Below the pieces are notes generated by a model. That model was not told the DNA's origin and searched no databases. It saw only the letters and a list, made by a program, of their open reading frames with translations. The position numbers were made by a program, and so were the translations under genes. 64,000 bases of DNA, taken from contig JBGAQN010000001.1 of the NCBI GenBank assembly GCA_044220725.1, positions 6,935 through 70,934 of the forward strand. Direction: 5' to 3'. The stretch comes from Dermatophilaceae bacterium (GTDB lineage Bacteria; Actinomycetota; Actinomycetes; Actinomycetales; Dermatophilaceae). Below, piece by piece: positions 57,464 to 64,000 of this stretch (position 1 is the first letter of the stretch; the number at the start of each line of letters is the position of its first letter).

Positions 57464-60400
57464 ATGAGAGCCGACGTTGCCGCACTGGGCGCCCGGCTGC
57501 GGCTGATCACCGACGCACAGGTGCGCGGGGTCGCCGGCCCGACGACATTCAGCCGCGGCCAGGCGTATGCCGCCCAGCGCCGGGTCACCGGGCTGACCAT
57601 CGAAGACCAGTGGAGGCTGACCGCCTCGGTGCGGGGGACGGGCCGGACCTACCTCACCCAGGTCGAGCTCTTCCTCGTTCGGGGCGAACTGACCTGGACG
57701 GGTGAATGCAGCTGCCCGATGGGCGTCGACTGTAAGCACTCGGTGGCGGTGCTCCTGGTCGCTCGGGGGATCTACGGGCTGGCGCACGGGGCAGGTGATC
57801 CCACTGGGGCGGTTCCGGTCCCGGTGCCCGCCTGGGAGCGGATGGTCCGGGATGTCGTCGGCGACTCGGCGGCGACGCAGTATTCCGCGGTCGGCCTGCT
57901 CTTCGAAGTCCAACGGTCGGCCCCGCATCGGTTCGGCGCGCCGGAGCCGCCCGACGCGCGGATCGCCATCCGGCCCGTCGTGCCGGGCAAGACCGGGTGG
58001 GTGCGGACCGGCTTGACCTGGAGCAACCTCGACTACCTCACGCCCTATGGGCCGTTGAAGATCGACCCGGCCCACCAAGGCGCGCTGCGCAGTCTCGTCG
58101 CGGCGGCCCGACAGCCCTATGGCTATCGCCCCGTCGCCGACCGGATCGACCTGGCCGGCCTCGGGCGGGGCTGGCTGCTCGGGCTCCGGGAGTGTCGCCG
58201 GGCGGGCATCCGCCTGCTCACCGATGTCAAGAACAGTGGCGAGGTGGTGCTTGCGCAGGAGTCGGCTCGGGTTGCCCTGCACCTGGCCCGGGCGGGCGAC
58301 GGGGGTGTGGTCGTGCATCCGACCGTCGTCCCTCCGCCCGAGATCGTCGCCGCAGGCGTGCCCTGGCTGCCAATCGGGAATCCTCCCGCCGGGATGTGGC
58401 TGATGTCCGGCCACGATCTCGTGCTGGCCGCGTTCGACACGCCAGTCGACGTCCCCACCCAACGCTGGATGGCCCAGGGCGGCTCGCGGGTGCCGGTCGC
58501 CGACGTCCCGCGCTTCTTCGCCGGACTCCTGCCGGCGTTGGCCAAGCGATTCGAGGTCTCGTCCCCAGATGGGAGCGTGGAGATTCCCTCGATCGGGGCG
58601 CCGAGGGTATTGCTGCGGCTGACCCACGACCCGGGCCTGCGGATCTCGCTCGGGTGGTCGTTCACGTATGCCGTGGGGTCCGATCGCGTGGAGGTCCCCG
58701 TCGGCCCGGGCGGTGACCCGTCGCTGCGCGACCGAACCGCCGAGCAGGCCATCGTCGCGAGCCTCGACGACCTGGATCGACTCCCGGGGCTGCGGGCGCA
58801 GGGGCCCACGGGGGAGTGGTCCCTGCCCCCTCGACCGGGGCTCGAAGGCACCCCGATGCTGCGCTTCCTCAACCTCGTGCTGCCCCGGCTCGAGGACCAC
58901 CCCGACGTCGACGTCGAGATCCTCGGCGAGCCAGTCCCCTATGCCGAGGCTGAGGACGCCCCCGTCGTGCGCCTGGCCGTCACCGAGTCGAGCGATTCCA
59001 CCGACTGGTTCGACCTCGATGTGCAGGTCCGGGTCGGGGAGCAGGATGTCCCGATCCGCAGCCTGGTCACCGCGCTGACTCTCGGTGAGGAGCACGTCAT
59101 CCTGCCCAGCGGCACGTGGTTCCGGGTCGACCGGCCCGAGTTGGTCGAGTTGCGTCGGCTCATCGACGAGGCCCGGGCCATGTCCGATGATCCCAAGGGG
59201 CCGCTGCGCCTGTCGGCCTATCAGGCCGACCTCTGGGCCGAGCTTGAGGAGCTCGGCATCGTCCACGAGCAGAGCGAGCGATGGCGCACGCTCGTCGCCG
59301 GGTTGGCGGGGGCCGCCGAGGGAGCGCCGCTCGAACCGGTCGAGGCCCCTGTCGGGTTGGCGGCGCAGTTGCGGCACTACCAGCACAGTGGCTATGAGTG
59401 GCTGACCTTCCTGCACCGCACCGGGCTCGGCGGGATCCTCGCCGACGACATGGGCCTGGGCAAGACCATGCAGACCCTGGCGATGATCCTGCGCGCGGTC
59501 CAGGACCGCGTGGTTGCAGGCTCAGAGAGTCGGTCCGGCACGGGCTCCGGCGACTCCCGTGCCTCGGTTGGACCGGGACGGGATGTGCCAGGTCCGGCTG
59601 GGATGGACCCTGCCTCCGCGGGAGGTGAACCCGTGGCGGCAGGTGAGATCGGCACGGGAGGTGAGATCGGCACGGGAGGTGAGCGGGCGGCATACCCCCC
59701 GTTCCTCGTCGTCGCCCCCACGTCGGTGCTGCCCGTCTGGCTCGCGGAAGCGGCGCGGTTCGCGCCATCGCTGCGGGTGGTCGCGCTCGGCGAGACGACC
59801 CGGCGCCGCGGCGACTCGATCGCCGCGACGGTCGCGGGGGCCGACCTGGTCGTGACGACGTATGCCGTGTTCCGGATCGACGCCGAAGCGTTCCGGGAGT
59901 GCGCGTGGTCGGGGCTCATCCTCGACGAGGCGCAGTTCGTCAAGAACCATCAGTCTCAGGTCTATCAATGCGCCCGCCTGCTGCCCGCGCCGACCAAGCT
60001 CGCCATCACCGGCACGCCCATGGAAAACAACCTCATGGAGCTGTGGGCGCTGCTGTCGATCGTCGCGCCCGGGCTGTTCCCGCGGCCGAGTGCCTTCCAG
60101 GAGCACTTCCGGCGGCCCATCGAGAGCGGCGCGGAGCCGGAGCGGCTCGACACGCTGCGCCGGCGCATCAGGCCGGTCATGCTGCGCCGGACCAAGGAGG
60201 CGGTCGCCAGCGAGCTGCCGCCCAAGCAGGAGCAGGTCATCGAGGTGACGCTGTCACCCAAGCATCGACGTATCTATGACCGGGTGCTCGCTCATGAACG
60301 GCAGCGGATCCTCGGGTTGCTCGATGACGCGCAGCGCAACCGGATCGCCATCCTTCGCTCGCTCACCCGGATGCGGCGACTGTGCCTCGATCCGGTGCTC

Positions 60401-60928
60401 GACGACCCGGCCCACGCGGGGATCGGATCGGCCAAGGTCGACGCTCTGCTGGACTTGCTGGCGCCCGTGCTCGCCGAGGGGCATCAGGCGCTGGTGTTCA
60501 GTCAGTTCACCGGGTTTCTTGCGACCGTCCGGCAGCGGCTGGACGCCGAGGGGATCTCCTATGCCTACCTCGACGGGCGGACCCGCAAACGCGACGAGGC
60601 GATCGCCTCGTTCCGGTCGGGCGAGAGGTCGCTGTTCCTGGTGTCGCTCAAGGCCGGCGGCTTTGGGCTGACCCTCACCGAGGCGGACTACGTCTTCCTG
60701 CTCGACCCCTGGTGGAACCCGGCCACCGAAGCTCAGGCCATCGACCGCACCCACCGGATCGGACAGGACAAGCACGTCTTCGTCTATCGGCTGGTCGCCG
60801 CCGACACCATCGAGGACAAGGTGCTCGCGTTGCAGGCCCGCAAACGCGAGTTGTTCGCTCGGGTCGTCGACGAGGGGGCCCTGGCCAGCGGCGTGCTGTC
60901 CGCTGACGACATCCGCGGTCTGCTCTGA
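57464..60928 (+). CDS. helZ: SWIM zinc-finger + SNF2-family helicase
   Basis: ORF 57464..60928: SWIM CSCPMGVDCKHSVAV; LRHYQHSGYEWL, ILADDMGLGKT, LILDEAQFVKN, helicase-C QAIDRTHRIGQ. Confidence 0.9.
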   Translation: MRADVAALGARLRLITDAQVRGVAGPTTFSRGQAYAAQRRVTGLTIEDQWRLTASVRGTGRTYLTQVELFLVRGELTWTGECSCPMGVDCKHSVAVLLVARGIYGLAHGAGDPTGAVPVPVPAWERMVRDVVGDSAATQYSAVGLLFEVQRSAPHRFGAPEPPDARIAIRPVVPGKTGWVRTGLTWSNLDYLTPYGPLKIDPAHQGALRSLVAAARQPYGYRPVADRIDLAGLGRGWLLGLRECRRAGIRLLTDVKNSGEVVLAQESARVALHLARAGDGGVVVHPTVVPPPEIVAAGVPWLPIGNPPAGMWLMSGHDLVLAAFDTPVDVPTQRWMAQGGSRVPVADVPRFFAGLLPALAKRFEVSSPDGSVEIPSIGAPRVLLRLTHDPGLRISLGWSFTYAVGSDRVEVPVGPGGDPSLRDRTAEQAIVASLDDLDRLPGLRAQGPTGEWSLPPRPGLEGTPMLRFLNLVLPRLEDHPDVDVEILGEPVPYAEAEDAPVVRLAVTESSDSTDWFDLDVQVRVGEQDVPIRSLVTALTLGEEHVILPSGTWFRVDRPELVELRRLIDEARAMSDDPKGPLRLSAYQADLWAELEELGIVHEQSERWRTLVAGLAGAAEGAPLEPVEAPVGLAAQLRHYQHSGYEWLTFLHRTGLGGILADDMGLGKTMQTLAMILRAVQDRVVAGSESRSGTGSGDSRASVGPGRDVPGPAGMDPASAGGEPVAAGEIGTGGEIGTGGERAAYPPFLVVAPTSVLPVWLAEAARFAPSLRVVALGETTRRRGDSIAATVAGADLVVTTYAVFRIDAEAFRECAWSGLILDEAQFVKNHQSQVYQCARLLPAPTKLAITGTPMENNLMELWALLSIVAPGLFPRPSAFQEHFRRPIESGAEPERLDTLRRRIRPVMLRRTKEAVASELPPKQEQVIEVTLSPKHRRIYDRVLAHERQRILGLLDDAQRNRIAILRSLTRMRRLCLDPVLDDPAHAGIGSAKVDALLDLLAPVLAEGHQALVFSQFTGFLATVRQRLDAEGISYAYLDGRTRKRDEAIASFRSGERSLFLVSLKAGGFGLTLTEADYVFLLDPWWNPATEAQAIDRTHRIGQDKHVFVYRLVAADTIEDKVLALQARKRELFARVVDEGALASGVLSADDIRGLL

Positions 60929-61002
60929 CGACCCCGCGGCAGTCCGCGTTGCGCCTCCCCAAGGACGACCAAGTCTCTCGCGCCTCCCTGTCGTGACGTT
61001 GA

Positions 61003-61180
61003 GCGAAAACATCAGCCAGTGTGAGGAATTCGGGCCCCAGGGCCAATGGCTGACCCGAAAACACCCGCGAGTGTGAGGAATTCGGGCCCCAAGGCCAATG
61101 GCTGACCCGAAAACACCCGTGAGTGTGAGGAATTCGGGCACCAGGGGGGCTCGGGATCAACCCGAGGCCCAGGCTCACAC
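61003..61180 (+). repeat. 52-bp tandem repeat, GTGTGAGGAATTCGGG family (~2.7 units + inverted terminus)
   Basis: Units start at 61019, 61071 and 61123 (exact 52-bp spacing). Unit: GTGTGAGGAATTCGGGCCCCAGGGCCAATGGCTGACCCGAAAACACCCGCGA. CTCACAC is inverted at ~61174. Confidence 0.85.
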
Positions 61181-61182
61181 TG

Positions 61183-62187
61183 TCAGGGCACCGACCGGTA
61201 GAACTCCCCGATGATCTCCACCGGCTGGAAGCCCAACGCCTCGTTGACCGCGACCATCGGGAGGTTCGCACCGTTGTTGCCGGTGAAGATCTCCCGCACC
61301 TTCGGCCGAGCCATCTGCAGCGCGGCCAGGTTGGCCAGCTTGAGACCCAGGCCCAAGCGTCGTCCCCGGTGCTCACCGACGACGAAGGTGCCCGACTGCA
61401 TCGCCCTCGTCATTGCCCCGGTCACGAAGAGGTCGGTGTACCCCACCACTGCACCAGTCGCCACCCCCCGGGCGATCGACGTGAAGCGCAACCGGCCAGA
61501 CTGACGGTCCAATGCGGCATACCCCCGAAGCCGCTCGGGAGTGAGCGACTCCTCCTCCCACTCAATCTCGCCGGTCGGTGCCTCAACCTCGACCCGATTG
61601 ATGCACCGACACAGCGGGGCCAGCAGCTCGTCGGGGATCTCGGTGAACGTGTCGATCCGATAGTCGCCCTCGTATGCCGCCCGCGCCTGTTCGAGCAAGG
61701 CCGCCGCCCGAGCGGGTGGCACCGGCAACGCCAATCGACGGTTGATGTCAACGCTGCCCAGCCGGAACCCGTGACGTTCGGCAAACCGTCGGTTCGGGTG
61801 GTCTTCGGATCGACTCTCGGGATAACGCGCCGAGCCCACGATCCGGGTGCGACCGAGGCTGGCGCAGTGGGCCAGCACCGCCGGGATGGCCGCCGCACCG
61901 GCGCCACGCCGGCGATGGTCGGGATGAACGTCCAGCTGCATCCACATGGTGTCGACGTTGTCGGTCAGCCCCATCCACAGGGTGACCACGCCAATGAGCT
62001 CGTCAGCGTCGAAGACACCGAGCAGGTCGTAGCGCTCCCCCGGGTCGTCGTGTCGCAGATCGGAGATCGCTGACTCTCGCGGTTGCGGCGCGAAGAACGG
62101 GCGCTCGAAGCTCTGGCTGGCGGTGACGACGGCATACACCCGGGCCATGAGGTCATCGTCGGCCTTGTCGATCTCCCGAATGTCCAC
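61183..62187 (-). CDS. two-domain GNAT N-acetyltransferase
   Basis: Within ORF 61183..62334. GTG 62187 (VDIREIDKADDDL...). QLDVHPDHRRRGAGAA and VVGEHRGRRLGLGLK acetyl-CoA motifs. Confidence 0.75.
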   Translation of the reverse strand: MDIREIDKADDDLMARVYAVVTASQSFERPFFAPQPRESAISDLRHDDPGERYDLLGVFDADELIGVVTLWMGLTDNVDTMWMQLDVHPDHRRRGAGAAAIPAVLAHCASLGRTRIVGSARYPESRSEDHPNRRFAERHGFRLGSVDINRRLALPVPPARAAALLEQARAAYEGDYRIDTFTEIPDELLAPLCRCINRVEVEAPTGEIEWEEESLTPERLRGYAALDRQSGRLRFTSIARGVATGAVVGYTDLFVTGAMTRAMQSGTFVVGEHRGRRLGLGLKLANLAALQMARPKVREIFTGNNGANLPMVAVNEALGFQPVEIIGEFYRSVP

Positions 62188-62240
62188 GGGCCTCAGGCTA
62201 GCCCGGGGGCCGAGTCGCTCCCCGCTTGCGTGCCGGGCTT

Positions 62241-62957
62241 CTAGACGGTCGCGGCACGGCACGCGGCATACGAACCTGCCGTGCTGACCACCACGAGACC
62301 CGAGCCGACAGCGACTCCAGCCCACGCCCCCCATTGAGCGAGCAACGACCCGACGGCCGCGCGCTGCCAGACCCCGAACGCGATGGCGACCAGCACAGCG
62401 AGGATCACACCGATCGCCAACAGTGCAGTTGCCTTCGGGCCGAACGCGCGGAACACCGTCCCGAACGCAGCTCCGGTCGTCGTGGCGAGCAGCGCCAGGA
62501 CGAACGTGACGCAGAAGGTGAGGGCGATGTTGCCGTCACCGAGGACGGCGACATCCAGCGCCCGGGCACCGATGAACCAATGATTGGTCAGCCGTTCCAG
62601 ACCGAGAAGTAGGACGGCGGCAATCCCCGTGACCAGCGACGTCAGCACGAAGCCGGCCGTCGTGCCGAGCCAGAAGTGCCGACGCGTCGACCCGAACGCC
62701 AAGGCCATGGCGAAGTTGCGGGTCGTAGCCAACACCCCGAGCGAGACGAGGAACCCAGGGATGCACCACACCGCACCGGAGTTCAACCGGAAGCCGTCCT
62801 GAGCCTGAGCCGAGAGCGGCAGACCCGTGGAGATGCCCATGATGATGGCGATGAGGATGCTGAACACGACCATGAGGCCCAGGGTGTAGACCGGCACGCC
62901 GAGCACGTACTGCCGGTTGGCCAGGTAAAGCCGCAGCGAACGGCGAATGTAGGTCAT
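62241..62957 (-). CDS. polytopic membrane protein, probable ABC-2 permease partner
   Basis: ORF 62241..62957, six predicted TM segments. The start overlaps the upstream ATPase stop by 4 nt. Confidence 0.6.
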   Translation of the reverse strand: MTYIRRSLRLYLANRQYVLGVPVYTLGLMVVFSILIAIIMGISTGLPLSAQAQDGFRLNSGAVWCIPGFLVSLGVLATTRNFAMALAFGSTRRHFWLGTTAGFVLTSLVTGIAAVLLLGLERLTNHWFIGARALDVAVLGDGNIALTFCVTFVLALLATTTGAAFGTVFRAFGPKATALLAIGVILAVLVAIAFGVWQRAAVGSLLAQWGAWAGVAVGSGLVVVSTAGSYAACRAATV

Positions 62958-64000
62958 CGGGAGCTCACTCCTGCGTCAGTCACGGCGTCGTCTGGGTCAG
63001 CGCTGTCTGGGTCAGCGTCGTGTGGGTCAGCGTCGTGTGGGTCAGCGTCGTCTGGGTCGGCGCCGTCTGGGTCGGCGCCGCGGGCGGTCGGGGGCGTGGG
63101 CCGGCTGACCCCCGGGTGGGGCGCGAGCTCGGCCGTCCCCCCATGCAGGCCGATGGCGGCGACGAGGTCTTGGAGCCCGACCGGCTCGACCGTCACCCGC
63201 GACGACTCGGCGTGAGCCCGCTCCTGGGGCGTCAGGTCTCCGCGGATCACCGCTGACACGATGCCGCCCAACCGGCGCGTTGCAAGCGTCTCCCGGCCTC
63301 GGCCGAGCGCCCGCACATCCGACTCGAAACCCCTTGCCACAAAAGCCATTTGCCGCGCCCGGTCAACATCGGCTTGTAGCACGATTCGACCCGAGTCCAG
63401 GACGAGGATCTCCTCCATGAGCTCCGCCGCCTCGTCGACCAAATGGGTCGACATGACGAAAGTGCGCGGGGCAGCCAACGCCGCGCCGACCGGAAGGTGC
63501 TCGTTGGCGCGGTCGTGGCTCGCGGCATACTCGGCGAGCAACTCGTCGTAGAAGATGCCGCGCGCGGTCGCGTCCAGTCCCAGATAGGGCTCGTCCAGGA
63601 AGGTGTATGCCGCTCCGCTGGCGAGCCCGATGGTGATCGCCAAGGCCGATCGCTGCCCACGCGAGAGTTTGTTGGAGCGAGTGCGCCAAGGGATGCGGAA
63701 CCGCCTCACGAGTCGGGTCGCGATCTCGAGGTCCCACGTGGGGTAGAAGGCTGGCATGACGGCGAGGATGTCGGCGACCGAGAAGGCGTCGTTGTAGGCC
63801 TGGTCCTCGCGGACAAAGCAAAGCCGCGCCAAGGTTGGGGCGTGCTCGAGCGGCTCGTGGCCGTCGATCCGGATAGAGCCCCCGTTGCGGAAGGTGTGCC
63901 CGGCGATGCAGGCCAACAGGGTGGTCTTGCCGGTGCCATTGGCGCCGAGCAGCCCATAGATGCGACCGGGGCTAAGCCTTGCCGAGACGTCCAGCAGCAC
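62954..64000 (-). CDS. ABC transporter ATP-binding protein with acidic Asp-Pro repeat tail (N-terminus off right edge)
   Basis: ORF 62954..64000: GANGTGKTT, LSRGQRSAL, FLDEPYLGLD. The C-terminus is ADPDGADPDDADPHDADPHDADPDSADPDD. Confidence 0.85.
   Translation of the reverse strand: MLLDVSARLSPGRIYGLLGANGTGKTTLLACIAGHTFRNGGSIRIDGHEPLEHAPTLARLCFVREDQAYNDAFSVADILAVMPAFYPTWDLEIATRLVRRFRIPWRTRSNKLSRGQRSALAITIGLASGAAYTFLDEPYLGLDATARGIFYDELLAEYAASHDRANEHLPVGAALAAPRTFVMSTHLVDEAAELMEEILVLDSGRIVLQADVDRARQMAFVARGFESDVRALGRGRETLATRRLGGIVSAVIRGDLTPQERAHAESSRVTVEPVGLQDLVAAIGLHGGTAELAPHPGVSRPTPPTARGADPDGADPDDADPHDADPHDADPDSADPDDAVTDAGVSSR

Noticed and set aside
57341-59416. 691-aa minus-strand ORF.
   Set aside because: It lies antisense to the SWIM/SNF2 helicase, which has unambiguous motifs. 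Its composition is typical of a shadow frame.
61003-61180. Tandem arrays here, and at 11655-11751, 16676-16760, 18217-18352 and 27312-27440, considered as CRISPR arrays.
   Set aside because: The whole 52-bp (or 31-bp) unit is repeated, with no unique spacers. There are only 2-4 units per locus and no cas genes in the window.

Overview
The window is high-GC (about 70% by eye) actinobacterial chromosome, densely packed with about 55 genes. I saw no rRNA, tRNA, CRISPR, transposase, integrase or phage genes. In such GC-rich DNA many long ORFs in the track are antisense or out-of-frame shadows, so I re-derived most starts by hand; the track prints GTG starts as M.

Recognisable content, left to right:
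- A LexA-boxed DUF222/HNH (13E12-family) gene, which is missing from the track.
- A MacAB-type efflux operon with two adaptor paralogs.
- Methyltransferase, HAD, SDR and saccharopine-dehydrogenase-family genes.
- A GH13 alpha-glucosidase placed back-to-back with a lipoprotein amidase.
- vapBC, an SGNH hydrolase, gdhA and fprA.
- A K+ homeostasis cluster.
- DUF1015, nadE and a TetR regulator.
- A protease-MoxR-DUF58-VWA-VWA operon.
- A stand-alone LigD polymerase domain.
- A CHAT-TM-CBM9-like protein.
- desA3 with its reductase and a PucR regulator.
- An alpha/beta-hydrolase::ABC-ATPase fusion with its permease.
- An MFS-esterase-esterase-ATP-grasp operon.
- A DMGDH-like oxidoreductase.
- A SWIM/SNF2 helicase, a GNAT and another ABC pair.

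The strongest unexplained signals are at the DNA level:
1. The octamer CGGCATAC/GTATGCCG occurs about 115 times, roughly one per 550 bp. It appears on both strands, in all reading frames and in spacers, far above any composition expectation.
2. A family of structured 52-bp (and 31-bp) tandem repeats beginning GAGTGY fills mostly convergent intergenic regions and brackets gdhA as direct repeats.
3. In-frame minisatellite insertions sit inside otherwise conserved enzymes (NadE, FprA, HelZ and others).

The most unusual protein architectures are the CHAT-TM-CBM9-like protein and the secreted-hydrolase::ABC-ATPase fusion.
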